This document shows positions 35,032 through 47,501 of a DNA stretch of 64,000 nt, one piece after another. A program made the translations under genes and the position numbers. The DNA lies in the NCBI GenBank assembly GCA_030390025.1, contig JASTWF010000035.1:1116001-1180000 (forward strand), given 5' to 3'. The notes under the pieces are model-generated. The model ran no database searches, was not told where the DNA came from, and worked only from the letters and a program-made list of their open reading frames with translations. This DNA is from Squalus acanthias (lineage: Eukaryota). Numbering within the stretch: position 1 is the stretch's first letter; each line of letters opens with the position of its first letter.

Positions 35032-37598
35032 TGAGTGTATTAGGGATGGGTTTCTTGAGCAGTATGTAACTGAACCGACCAGGGGGCAAGCAACCTTAGA
35101 TCTGGTCCTGTGTAACGAGACAGGATTAATTAAAAATGTCCTAGTAAAGGATCCCCTTGGAATGAGTGACCATAACATGGTTGAATTCCATATTCAATTA
35201 GAGGGTGAGAAGGTTGGATCTCAAACAAGCGTGCTAAGCTTGAATAAAGGAGACTATGAAGGTATGCGAGCGGAATTGAGTCGAGTGGATTGGGAAAATA
35301 GATTAAAGGGTAAGACGACACATGATCAGTGGTGTACATTCAAGGAGTTATTTTACAACTTCCAAAAAAAATATATTCCACTGAAAAGAAAAGGGTGTAA
35401 AAGAAAGGACAGTCATCCGTGGCTAAGTAAAGAAATTAAGGATAGTATTCGACTAAAAACAAGGGCATATAAGGTAGCGAAATCTAGTGGGAGGACAGAG
35501 GATTGGGAAAACTTTAAAAGGCAGCAAAAAATAACAAAAAGATTGATTAAGAAAGGGAAGATAGATTATGAAAGTAAATTAGCAAAAAATATAAAAACAG
35601 ATAGTAAGAGTTTTTATAGTTATATAAAAAGAAAAAGGGTGGCTAAAGTAAATGTTGGTCCCTTAGAGGATGAGACCGGGAAATTAATGGTGGGAAATAT
35701 GGAGATGGCAAAAACACTGAATGAATATTTTGTATCAGTCTTTACAGTAGAGGACACTAAGAATATCCCAACACTGGACAAACAGGGGGCTATAGGGGGG
35801 GAGGAGCTAAACACAATCAAAATCACTAAGGAAGTGGTACTCGGTAAAATAATGGGACTCAAGGCGGATAAATCACCTGGACCTGATGGCTTACATCCTA
35901 GAGTCTTGAAGGAAGTGGCGGTAGGGATTGTAGATGCATTGGTAATAATTTTCCAAAACTCCCTGGATTCCGCTAAGGTCCCGGCAGACTGGAAAACTGC
36001 TAATGTAACACCCTTATTTAAAAAGGGCAGTAGACAGAAGGCTGGTAACTATAGACCGGTTAGCCTAACATCTGTGGTAGGTAAAATTTTGGAGTCCATT
36101 ATTAAGGAAACAGTAACAGGACATTTGGATAATCATAATTTAATAGGACAAAGTCAGCATGGTTTTACGAAGGGGAAGTCATGTTTGACAAATTTGCTGG
36201 AGTTCTTTGAAGAAGTAACATATAGAGTGGATAAAGGGGAACCAGTGGACGTAGTGTATTTAGACTTCCAAAAGGCATTTGACAAGGTGCCACACAAAAG
36301 ATTATTGCTTAAGGTAAAAAATCACGGGATTGGGGGTAATATTCTGGCATGGATAGAGGATTGGCTATCTAACAGAAAGCAAAGAGTTGGGATAAATGGT
36401 TCATTCTCAGACTGGCAATCAGTAACTAGTGGTGTTCCACAGGGGTCAGTGCTGGGTCCCCAACTCTTCACAATCTATATTAACGATTTGGAGGAAGGGA
36501 CCAAGTGTAACATATCAAAATTTGCAGATGATACAAAGATGGGAGGGAAAGTAGTGAGTGAGGAGGACATAAAAAACCTGCAAGGGGACATAGACAGGCT
36601 AAGTAAGTGGGCAGAGATTTGGCAGATGGAATACAACACTGGAAAGTGTGAGGTGATGCACTTTGGCAGGAAAAATCCTAGAGCAATTTATTATCTTAAT
36701 GGCAAGAAACTGGAGAGTACTGAAGTGCAAAGGGATCTGGGGGTCCTGGTGCACGAAACTCAAAAGGTTAGTATGCAGGTGCAGCAAGTGATTAAGAAGG
36801 CAAATGGAATGTTGGCTTTCATTGCTAGGGGGATAGAATATAAAAATAGGGAGGTATTGCTTCAGTTGTACAAGGTATTGGTGAGACCGCACCTGGAATA
36901 CTGCATACAGTTTTGGTGTCCTTACTTAAGGAAAGACATCCTTGCTCTCGAGGCAGTGCAAAAAAGGTTCACTCGGTTAATCCCGGGGATGAGGGGGTGG
37001 TCATATGAGGAGAGGTTGGGTAGATTGGGACTCTACTCATTGGAGTTCAGAAGAATGAGAGGCGATCTTATTGAAACATATAAGATTGTGAAGGGGTTGG
37101 ATCGGGTGGATGCGGGGAGGATGTTCCCGATGACGGGTGAGACGAGAACTAGGGGACATAGTCTTAGAATAAGGGGCTGCTCTTTCAAAACTGAGATGAG
37201 GAGGAACTACTTCACTCAGAGGGTGGTAGGTCCATGGAATATGCTGCCACAAAAAGCTGTAGAAGCTACAACATTAATTAAATTTAAAACAGAAATAGAC
37301 AGTTTCCTGGAAGTAAAGGGCATTAAGGGTTACGGGGAGCGGGCAGGAATTTGGACATGAGTCTAGGTTCGGATCGGTCATGGCCCTGTGGGTAGTGGAG
37401 CGGGCCCAGGGACTGTGTAGCCTGATTCTGCTCCTATTTCGTGTGTGCAATTCTGTTAGATGCAGGAGATGGTTCTGTGATAGATAGTAGATTGGCGGTT
37501 AGGATCAGATCAGCCATGATCTTATTGAATGGCGGAGCAGGCTCGAGGGGCCGATTGGCCTACTCCTGCTCCTATTTCTTATGTTCTTATGTTCTTAT
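35032..37598 (+). mobile_element. Young 5'-truncated CR1 LINE
   Basis: ttat duplication/microhomology; (gttcttat)n tail; uninterrupted ORF2. Confidence 0.93.
35033..37360 (+). CDS. CR1 ORF2 (partial APE + RT, no stops)
   Basis: ECIRDGFLEQYVTEPTR...FADD...GYGERAGIWT; ORF-track start at 34889 is antisense host sequence. Confidence 0.9.
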   Translation, partial: ECIRDGFLEQYVTEPTRGQATLDLVLCNETGLIKNVLVKDPLGMSDHNMVEFHIQLEGEKVGSQTSVLSLNKGDYEGMRAELSRVDWENRLKGKTTHDQWCTFKELFYNFQKKYIPLKRKGCKRKDSHPWLSKEIKDSIRLKTRAYKVAKSSGRTEDWENFKRQQKITKRLIKKGKIDYESKLAKNIKTDSKSFYSYIKRKRVAKVNVGPLEDETGKLMVGNMEMAKTLNEYFVSVFTVEDTKNIPTLDKQGAIGGEELNTIKITKEVVLGKIMGLKADKSPGPDGLHPRVLKEVAVGIVDALVIIFQNSLDSAKVPADWKTANVTPLFKKGSRQKAGNYRPVSLTSVVGKILESIIKETVTGHLDNHNLIGQSQHGFTKGKSCLTNLLEFFEEVTYRVDKGEPVDVVYLDFQKAFDKVPHKRLLLKVKNHGIGGNILAWIEDWLSNRKQRVGINGSFSDWQSVTSGVPQGSVLGPQLFTIYINDLEEGTKCNISKFADDTKMGGKVVSEEDIKNLQGDIDRLSKWAEIWQMEYNTGKCEVMHFGRKNPRAIYYLNGKKLESTEVQRDLGVLVHETQKVSMQVQQVIKKANGMLAFIARGIEYKNREVLLQLYKVLVRPHLEYCIQFWCPYLRKDILALEAVQKRFTRLIPGMRGWSYEERLGRLGLYSLEFRRMRGDLIETYKIVKGLDRVDAGRMFPMTGETRTRGHSLRIRGCSFKTEMRRNYFTQRVVGPWNMLPQKAVEATTLIKFKTEIDSFLEVKGIKGYGERAGIWT

Positions 37599-37978
37599 AT
37601 ACCTGTAGAAGCTCTTACTGTCTGTTTTTATATTTTTTGCTAGTTTACTCTCATAATCTATCTTCTCCTTCTTTATTTATTTTTTAGTCATCCTTTGCTG
37701 GTTTCTAAAATTTCCCAATCCTGTCGCCTACCACTAATCTTTGCAACATTATATGCCTTTTCCTTCAATTTGATACCATCCTTAACTTCCTCAGTTAGCC
37801 ATGGATGTATCCTCCTTCTCATAGAGTCTTTCTTTCTCACTGGAATAAACCTTTGCTGAGAGTTATAAAAATATCTCCTTAAATGTCTGCCACTGCTTAT
37901 CTACCGTCTTACCCTTTAATCTATTTTCCCAGTCTACTTTAGCCAACTCAATCGTCATACCTATGTAATTGCCTTTAG

Positions 37979-40900
37979 CATAGAAGATAGGAGCAGGAGT
38001 AGGCCATTCGGCCCCTCGAGCCTGCTCCGCCATTTAATGAGATCATGGCTGATCATCCAAATTCAGTACCCTGTCCCTGCTTTCTCCCCATATCCCTTGA
38101 TCCCTTTAGCCTTAAGAAATATATCTATCTCCTTCTTGAATATATTTAATGAATTGGCCTCAACTGCCTTCTGTGGTAGAGAATTCCACAGGTTCACCAC
38201 TCTCTGGGTGAAGAAATTCCTCCTCATCTCAGTCCTAAATGGCTTACCCCTTATCCTTAGACTGTGACCTCTGGTTCTGGACTCCCCCGCCATCGGGAAC
38301 ATCCTTCCTGCATCTAGTCTGTCTAGTCCTGTTAGAATTTTATAAGTTTCAATGAGATCCCCTCTCATTCTTCTAAACTCCAGCGAATATAATCCTAATC
38401 GACCCAATCTCTCTTCATATGTCATTCCTGCCATCCCAGGTATCAGTCTGGTAAATCTTTGCTGCACTCCCTCCATGGCAAGAACATCCTTCCTCAGATA
38501 AGGCGACCAGAACCGCACACAATACTCAAGGTATGGTCTCACCAAGGCTCTGTACAACTGCAGCAAGACATCCTTGCTCCTGTACTCGAATCCTCTCGCT
38601 ATGAAGGCCAACATACCATTTGCCTTCTTAACCGCCTGCTGCACCTGCATGCTTACCTTCAGCGACTGGTGCACAAGGACTCCCAGATCTCGTTGCACTT
38701 CCCCTTTTCCCAATCTATTGCCGTTCAGATAATAATCTGTCTTCCTGTTCTTGCCACCAAAGTGGATAACCTCGCATTTATCCACATTATACTGCATCTG
38801 CCATGCATCTGCCCAATCACCCAACCTGTCCAAATCATACTGGAGTTTCTCTGCATCCTCCTCACAGCACACACGCCCACCCAGCTTTGTGTCGTCTGCA
38901 AACTTGGAGATATTACATCTAGTTCACTCGTCTAGATCATTAATATATATTGTGAACAGCTGGGGTCCTAGCACCGATCCCTGCGGTACCCCACTAGTCA
39001 CTGCCTGCTACTCGGAAAAAGACCCGTTTATTCCAACTCTTTGCTTCCTGTCTGCCAACCAGTTCTCTATCCAAATCAGTACCTTACCCCCAATCCCATG
39101 TGCTTCAACTTTGCACGCTAATCTCTTATGCGGGACCTTATCGAAAGCCTTCTGAAAGTCCAAATACACCACATCCACTGGTTCTCCCTTATCTATTCTA
39201 CCAGTTATATCCTGAAAAAATTCAGTAGATTAGTCAGGCATGATTTACCTTTTGTAAATCCATATTGACTTTGTCCAATCCTGTCACTGTTTTCCAAGTG
39301 CTCTGCTATTACATCTTTTATAATGGACTCTAGCATTTTCCCCACTACTGATGTCAGGCTTACCGGTCTATAGTTCCCCGTTTTTTCTCTACCACCTTTT
39401 TTAAATAGTGGGGTTACATTAGCTACCCTCCAATCCATGGGAACTGTTCCAGAGTCTATAGAATTTTGAAAGATGACCAGCAATGCATCTACTATTTCTA
39501 GGGCCACTTCCTTAAGTACCCTAGGATGTAGATTATCAGGCCCTGGGGATTTATCGGCCTTCAATCCCGGCCATTTTTCTAACACCATTTCCCTACAAAT
39601 ACTGATTTCATTCAATTCCTCCCTCTCATTAGACCCTATGTTCCCCGACATCTCTGGGAGTTTATTTGTGTCCTCCTTTGTGAAGACAGAACCAAAGTAT
39701 GTATTTAATTGGTCTGCCATTTCTTTGTTCCCCATTAGAAATTCCCCTGATTCTGACTGCAAGGGACCTACGCTTGACTTCACCAATCTTTTTCTCCTCA
39801 CATATCTATAGAAGGTTTTACAGTCAGTTTTTATGTTCCCTGCAAGCTTACTCTCATATTCTATTTTCCCCCTCTTAATTAATCCCTTTGTCCTCCTTTG
39901 CTGAATGCTAAACTGCTCCCAATCCTCAGGTTTGCTGCTTTTTCTGGCCATTTCTTAGGATATCTCCTTGGATCTTATGCTATCCCTAATTTCCCTTGTC
40001 AGCCACGGTTGAGTCACCTTTTTTGTTTTATTTTTATGCCAAACAGGGATGAACAAATTCTGTAGTTCATCCATGCGATCTTTAAATGTTTGCCATTGCC
40101 TATCCACCATCAACCCTTTAAGTAACGCTCCCCAATCCATCCTAGCCAACTCGCGCCTCATACCATCGTAGTTTCCTTTATTTAAATTCAGGACTCTAGT
40201 CTCTGAGTCAACTACTTCACTCTATCTTAATGAAGAATTCTGTCATATTATGATCGCTCCTCCCCAAGGGGCCTTGCACAACAAGATTGCTAATTAATCC
40301 TTTCTCATTACATGATACCCAGTCTAAGATGGCCTGATCTCTAGTTGGTTCCTCGACATATTGGTCCAGGAAACCATCCCGTATACACTCTAGGAATTCC
40401 TCCTCCACAGTATTGTTAGTAATTTGGTTAGCCCAATCTATATGTAGATTAAAGTCACCCATGATAACTGTTGTGCCCTTATCGCACGCGTCTCTAATTT
40501 CCCGTTTAATGCCATCCCCAACCTCAGCATTACTGTTTGGGGGTCTGTATACAACTCCCACTAACGTTTTCTGCCCCTTGGTATTTCTCAGCTCTACCCA
40601 TACAGATTCCACATCATCAGAGCTAATATCCTTCCTTACTATTGTGTTAATCTCCTCTTTATCCAGCAATGCTACCCCACCTCCTTTTCCTTTTTGTCTG
40701 TCCTTCCTGAATATTGAATAACCCTGGATGTTGAATTCCCAGCCTTGGTCACCCTGGAGCCATGTCTCCGTAATCCCAATTATATCATATCCGTTTACAT
40801 CTATTTGCGCAGCTAATTCATCTACCTTATTACGAATGCTCCTCGCATTAAGACACAAAGCCTTCAGGCTTGTTTTTTTAACACTCTTAGTCCTTTTAGA

Positions 40901-42378
40901 ATTATTATTTACTGTAGCCCTGTTTGATTTACATCCTTGATTTCTCTGCCTTCCACTTTTGCTTTTCTCCTTCCTGTCTTTTGCTTCTATCCTTGCTTCC
41001 CTTTCCTCTGTTTCCCTGCACAGGTTCCCAACCCCCTGCCATTTTAGTTTAAACCCCCCCCAACAGCACTAGCAAACACTCCCCCTAGGACATCGGTCCC
41101 GGTCCTGCCCAGCTGCAAACCGTCTAGTTTGTACTGGTCCCACCTCCCCCAGAACCGGTTCCAGTGTCCCAGGAATTTGAATCCCTCCCCCTTGCACCAT
41201 TCCTCTAGCCAGGTATTCATCTGAAATATCCTTCTATTTCTACTCTGACTAGCACGTGGCACTGGTAGCAATCCTGAGATTACTACCTTTGAGGTCCTAT
41301 TTTTTAATTTACCTCCTAACTCCCTATATTCAGCTTTTAGGACCTCATCCCGTTTTTTACCTATATTGTTGGTACCTATATGCAGCACGACAACTGGCTG
41401 TTCACCCTCCCCCTCCAGAATGCCCTGCAGCCGCTCTGAGACATCCTTGACCCTTGCACCAGGGAGGCAACATACCATCCTGGAGTCTCGTTTGCGGCCG
41501 CAGAAATGCCTATCTATTTCCCTTACAATAGAATCCCCTATCACTATAGCTCTCCCGGTCTTTTTCCTCCTGTCCTGTGCAGCAGAACCACCCATGGTGC
41601 CAGGAAGTTGGCTGCTGCTGCCTTCCCCATCTCCCTCAGCAATATTCAAAGTGGTATATCTGTTTGAGAGGGGGATGTCCACAGGGGACCCCTGTACTAC
41701 CTGCCTGCGCCTACTACTCTGCCTGGTGGTCACCCATTCCCTTCCTGCCTGTGCAGCCTTTACCTGCGGTGTGACCAACTCCCTAAACGTGCTATCCACA
41801 ATGTCCTCAGCATCGCGAATGCTCCAGTATGCATCCATTCGCAGCTCCAGCGCCGCAATGCGGTCTGCCAGTAGCTGCAGCTGGATACACTTCCCACACA
41901 CATGGTCAACAGGGACACAGGAAATGTCCTTGATTTCCCACATAGTGCAGGAGGAGCATGCCACGGGGCTGAGCTGTGCTGCCATGACTTATCATTAATT
42001 AATTTAAATTAACTCAAATCAATACCACAAATTACACTACAATTAAATGATATACTCAAGGACCCTTGTATACTAGCACTCCCTGCTACACAACAGAGAC
42101 CTTTGAAACTATAACCACAAAAATTAGGACCTTCTAAACTTTATAAACTATTAACCTTAACTGTCAAACTACAGTGTAGTATAAATACTCACCTGGCCGT
42201 ACTCACGCAATCAGCTGCTTCCTCTTGTCCACATCACTTTTTGAATTGTGACGTGGCTCTGGAACGCTGCCGCCGGTCTGTGAGATTGGTAAGCCTCTGA
42301 AAAAAGCCCGCGAAAGTGAGGTTAAATACTCACTGAGCTGCTGCTCTCTCTGCTCCCGACACTGGCCTCTGCAAAAAA
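37979..42378 (-). mobile_element. Full-length CR1 (intact ORF1, frameshifted ORF2, 5' UTR)
   Basis: ORF1 41044-41985; ORF2 pieces 38063-40858; 3' hairpin at ~37985. Confidence 0.9.
41044..41985 (-). CDS. CR1 ORF1p (zinc finger/leucine zipper + SGNH esterase)
   Basis: CSSC..CGKC, coiled coil, VIGDSIVR, CLPGARVKDV, HIGTNNI, DGLQL. Confidence 0.9.
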   Translation of the reverse strand: MAAQLSPVACSSCTMWEIKDISCVPVDHVCGKCIQLQLLADRIAALELRMDAYWSIRDAEDIVDSTFRELVTPQVKAAQAGREWVTTRQSSRRRQVVQGSPVDIPLSNRYTTLNIAEGDGEGSSSQLPGTMGGSAAQDRRKKTGRAIVIGDSIVREIDRHFCGRKRDSRMVCCLPGARVKDVSERLQGILEGEGEQPVVVLHIGTNNIGKKRDEVLKAEYRELGGKLKNRTSKVVISGLLPVPRASQSRNRRIFQMNTWLEEWCKGEGFKFLGHWNRFWGRWDQYKLDGLQLGRTGTDVLGGVFASAVGGGLN

Positions 42379-42379
42379 T

Positions 42380-44525
42380 GCCCTCGGTATCTGTCATACG
42401 CCTCCCTTTTTTTCTTTATCCCACCCTGTATGTCTCTAGACATCCAGGGAGCTCTAGATTTGTTAGTCCCACCTTTTTTCTTTAAGGGCACATGTTTGGT
42501 CTGAACCCTCCGGATCTCCTCCTTGAATGCCTCCCACTGCTCTGACACTGATTTACCTTCAAGTAGCTGTTTCCAGTCCACTATGGCTAAATCCCCTCTG
42601 AGCTTAGCAAAATTTGCTTTTCCCCAATTTAGAATTTTTATTCCTGGTCTATCCTTGTCCTTTTCCATAACTATCTTAAATCTAACAGAATTATGGTCAC
42701 TAGCACCAAAATGCTCCCCCACTGATGCGCCTTCTACCTGCCCAGCTTCATTCCCTAAAACTAAGTCCAGAACCGCCCCCTCTCTTGTTGGGCTTGCTAC
42801 ATACTGGCTAAAAAAGTTCTCCTGGATGCATTTTAGGAATTCCGCACCTTCTATACCCTTCACACTAATTTTATCCCAGTTAATATTGGGGTAGTTGAAG
42901 TCCCCTACTATTACTGCCCTATAGTTTTTGCACTTCTCAGAAATTTGTCTACATATTTGTTCTTCTATCTCCCTCTCACTGTTTGGGGGTCTGTAGTACA
43001 CACCCAACAGTGTGATTGCCCCTTTTTTGTTTTTCAATTCGACCCATATGTCCTCGTTTGATGATCCCTCCAACATATCATCCCTCCTCACAGCTGTAAT
43101 AGTTTCTTTAATCAATACCGCGACCCCCCCTCCCTTTTTACCTCCCTCTCTATCCCATCTGAAAATCCTGTAACCAGGAATGTTGAGCTGCCATACCTGC
43201 CCCTCTTTCAGCCACATCTCTGCAATAGCTATAATATCATAGTCCCAAGTATCTACCTGTGCCCTCAGCTCATCTGCCTTGTTTGCTATACTCCTTCCCG
43301 TGAGGATATTGGTTCAGTTCCCGTTGAGGTGCAACCCGTCTGGCTTGTATAGGTCCCACCTCCCCAAAAACGGTTCCAATTCCTCAGGAATCTAAAGCCC
43401 TCCCTCCTACACCATCTCTCCAGCCACGCATTCATCTGCTCTATCTTCCTATTTCTGAACTCACTAGCACGTGGCACTGGTAGTAATCTGGAGATTACTA
43501 CCTTTGAGGTCTTGCTTTTTAACCTCTATCCTAGCTCCCTAAACTCTGCCTGCAGGACCTCATCCCTCTTCCTACCTATGTTGTTGGTACCGATATGGAC
43601 CACGACTTCTGGCTGTTCACCCTCCCCCCTCAGAATGCCCTGCAGCCGTTCAGTGACATCCTTGACCCTGGAACCAGGGAGGCAACATACTATCCTGGAG
43701 TCACGTCTGCGGCCACAGTAACGCCTGTCTGCTCCCCTAACCATTGAATCCCCTATCACTATTACTCTCCCTCTCCTCTACCCCCCTGCCTGTGCAGCTG
43801 AGCCTTCCATGGTGCTGTGGATTTGGCTCTGGCTGCACTCCCCAGAGGAACCATCGCCCTCACCAGTACTCAGCACCGAATTCTGGTTGGTGAGCAAGAT
43901 GGACTCAGGGGACTCCTGCACTACCTGCCTGGTCTTCCTCTTCTGTCTGACGGTCACCCATTCCCTCTCTGCCTGCACACTCTTAAGCTGCGGGGTGACT
44001 ACTTCCCGAAATATGCTATCCACGTAGCTCTCAGCCTCGTGGATGCACAGCAGTGACTGCAGCCACCGCTCAAGCTCCATAACCCGGTGCTCGAGCTGGC
44101 GACACTTCCCGCACATGTGGTCGTCCAGACCACGGGAGGTGTCCAGGACTTCCCACATGGCACAGGATGTGCATTCCACGGGTGTGAGCTGCCCTGCCAT
44201 ACCTCTACTTAACCTCTAATTTACTAACCTAGCTGGAATAAACTTAAAATCTTTAAGAAAGCCAAGTAAAAACACTTCCCAGATACTCACCAATCAGCTC
44301 CCTACCCATGTGCCGACATCACTTTTGACTTCTGACGTCACTCTTTGAAAATTCTGCCGGTGCTGAGTTGGTACCACCGCCGCCGCCTCGCCGCTCCTCC
44401 CAGGTCCGCCCTGCCACCGCTGCTGCTGCTGCTGCTGTGGGGCCTACCTGCGCCTCAGGCTCTCTTTATACCACCGCCGCCGCCTCGCCGCTCCTCCCAG
44501 GTCCGCTCTGCCGCCGCTGCTGCTA
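42380..44525 (-). mobile_element. CR1 5' half (APE, degenerate ORF1, 5' UTR with 97-bp monomers at 44372-44525)
   Basis: ORFs 42330-43217, 43526-43759 and 43778-44200. Confidence 0.85.
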
Positions 44526-44833
44526 CCCCTATTAGCGTGATTGATCCTTTATTATCTTTTATGATGGATTCTATTTCTGTTTTGCTGATTGCTGCATCTC
44601 TTTTTTCTACTGCCATTGTGTTATCCATAATAAGTACAGCTACTCCATTTCCCCTTGTTCCCTCTCTATCTTTTCTAACTATGTTATACCCTGCAGCCAT
44701 GTCTCAGTAATCCCGACCATGTCCAGTTCCTCGCAACGTATATATGATTATTTTCCATACCTGTTCATGACATTTTAATGATCTATGTACCTGGACCCCC
44801 GAGTCTCTTTGGACCTCCACTGTTTTTAGCTTT

Positions 44834-46150
44834 TCACCACCACCTTCTCAAGGGCAATTAGGGATGGCCATTAAATGCTGACCTTGCCAGCGACGCCCAC
44901 ATCCCATAAGCGAAGAAAAAAAAGTTTTCCACATTGTCGCGTAGGTGCCATTGTTGTAGCTGTATTGGAACAGCTTGGCTAAAGGCATGGCTAGTTCTGG
45001 AGCACACGTCTTCAGCACAACAGCCAGGGTATTGTCGGGGCCCATAGCCTTTGCTGTATTCATTGTGCTCAGCCGTTTCTTGATATCACATGGAGTGAAT
45101 CGAATTGACTGAAGACTGGCTTCTATGATGGTGGGGACCTCAGGATGAGGCCGAGATGGATCATCCACTCGGCACTTCTGGCTGAAGATGTTTGCAAACG
45201 CTTCAGCCTTGTCTTTTGCACTCGCGTGCTGGGCTCCACCATCATTAAGGATGGGGATGTTCATGGAGCCTCTTCCTCCCGTCAGTTGTTTAATTGTCCA
45301 CCACCATTCACGACTGGATGTGGAAGGACTGCAGAGCTTTGATCTGCTCCGTTGGTTGTGGGATCACTTAGCTCTGCCTATAGCATGCTGCTTCCATTGT
45401 TTAGCATGCATGTAGTCCTGTGTTGCAGCTTCCCCAGGTTGGCACCTCATTTTTAGGTACGCCTGGTGCTGCCCCTGGCGTGCTCTTCTACACTGCTTAT
45501 TGAACCAGGGTTGGTCCCATGGCTTAATGGTAATGGTAGAGTGAGGGATATGCCGGGCCATGAGGTTACAGATTATGATGGAATACAATTCTGCTGCTGC
45601 TGATGGCCCACAGCTCCCAATGGATGCCCAGTTTTGAGCTGCTAGATCTGTTCTTAATCTATCTCATTTAGCACAGTGGTAGTGCCACACAACACGATGG
45701 AGGGTGTCCTCAGTGTGAAGACGGGACTTCGTCTCCACAAGGACTGTGCGGTAGTCACTGCTACCAATACCGTCGTGGACAGATGCATCTGCAACAGGTA
45801 GATTGGTGAGGATGAGATCAAATAGGGTTTTCCCTCCTCTCAGCACCTGCTGCAATGCCAGTCTGACAGCTATCACCTTCAGGACTCAGCCAGCTCGGTC
45901 AGTAGCGGTGTTACCGAGCCACTCTTGGTGATGGACATTGAAGTCCCCCACCCAGAGTACATTCTGTGCCCTTGCTACCCTCAGTGCTTCTTCCAAGTGG
46001 TGTTTAACATGGAGGAGTACGGATTCATCAGCTGAGGTAGGGCGGTAGGTGGTAATCAGCAGGAGGTTTCCTTGTCCATGTTTGATCTGATGTCATGAGA
46101 CTTCATAGAGTCCAGAGTCAATGTTGAGGACTCCCAGGGCCGCTCCCTCT
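44834..46150. mobile_element. Rearranged fragments of the 14716-17955 LINE family (+ strand tail 44834-44923; - strand body 44924-46150)
   Basis: High similarity to 17867-17950 and 15330-16530. Confidence 0.85.
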
Positions 46151-46331
46151 TCGTTAACAGTCCCTTATGTGGAAGGGCTTAAAGGGTTAAATTATGCGGA
46201 CAAGTTGCACAAACTTGACTTGTATTCCCTTGAGTTTAGGAAGTTCAAGGGTGATCGAATGATGAAGGATTTGATTGGTTAAATAGAGATAAAGTACTTC
46301 CTTGAATAGGGAATCCTGAACAAGAGGGTAC

Positions 46332-46698
46332 AAGACTTGCATTTCTATAGCGCCTTTCACAACTTCAGTCGTCCCAAAGTGTTTTACAGCCAATGAAGTA
46401 CTTTTGAAGTGTGGTCACTCTTGTAATGCAGAAAACGCTGCAGCCAATTTGCGCACAGCAAGGTCCCACAAACAGCAATGAGATAATGAGCAGATAATCT
46501 GTTTTAGTGATGTTGGTTGAGGGATTGGCCAGGTCAATGGGCAGTACTCCCCTGCTCTTCTTTGAATAGTGCCATGGGATCTTTTACATCCACCTGAGCG
46601 GGGACGCGCTTTATCGTCTCATCCAAAAGACGCCACCTCCGACAGTGCAGCACTCCCTCAGGATTGCACTGAAGTGTCAGGGTTTGAACCCATGACCT

Positions 46699-46734
<36 letters not shown>

Positions 46735-46738
46735 CAGC
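46332..46738 (-). mobile_element. tRNA-derived DeuSINE (SacSINE1-like)
   Basis: Minus strand: tggctcagtgg A box, ggttcaaaccc B box, gtcttttggatgagacg...aaagatcccatggcact Deu-like domain, aaaggcgctatagaaatgcaag tail; family name recalled. Confidence 0.75.
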
Positions 46739-47065
46739 AGGGAAAAGGAAGGGGAGGGAGGCAGGAGAAAGAAGGGGAGTGAGGGAGGGAGGGAGGAAGG
46801 GAGGGGAGTGAGGGAGGGAGGGAGGGAGGAGGGGAGGGGAGTGGCGTTGCAGGGAGAGGAAGGAGGAAATAACTGGTTGATAAAAAGGCCTTTGTTATGT
46901 GCAGGGTGGGTTTCTTTTTAAATAGTGACACAGGGTCAGGCTAAAACACCCATATTTAAAATAAAAAGGAGGGCCCATGTGACTTGGCTTCTGATTGGCT
47001 CCCTCCCAGCCATGGCCCGCTGAACAATTTCACCTCAAACTGACTGAGATTTTCTCTTTTACCAG

Positions 47066-47131
47066 ATGAAAAGGAATGTGCTACAAGAGACGAGGCACAT
47101 CGAGATGGTGCTTGTGGCGGACAATGCAATG
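47066..47131 (+). CDS. ADAM exon (furin site and start of metalloprotease domain): MKRNVLQETRHIEMVLVADNAM
   Basis: ttttaccag acceptor, gtgggt donor; 66 nt; R|MKR furin motif and ETRHIEMVLVAD, similar to ADAM ETKYVELVIVAD. Confidence 0.92.
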
Positions 47132-47501
47132 GTGGGTGGCTTCTCTGAATATGTCCAACATGAGTGACCCAGGCCTAGCGTCAGGGCCCACAGTACAGAA
47201 CAAGGAGCGAGGCTGGAAAGGGAGGAGATGAATCAGGAGCTAGCGATTAGGTCATGTCAGGCTTGGGTTTTCAAAGGCTGTAGATTGTGGGAGGGAAGAC
47301 TGAGGGAAGTGAGAAATTCCATTGTTTCTATGAAGTGACTTGGTTTCAAAAGCTCAATCGGTTAAGTTTGACGATGATGTGAACCCAGGAGAAAGGAATA
47401 AAACCTGAGGAGGCAGCCAGGCACCTAGAGAATGACTGAAATGAAGTTTGCAAGTGCAAAGAGCAGCAGTAGAGGAAATTTAACGCATATAAAGGAAGAT
47501 A

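Larger units (their letters stand above)
31737..37978 (-). mobile_element. Degenerate CR1 hosting CR1 32066-33606 and CR1 35032-37598
   Basis: Collinear RT pieces 33602-35030 and 37599-37978; 3' tail at 31737. Confidence 0.8.
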
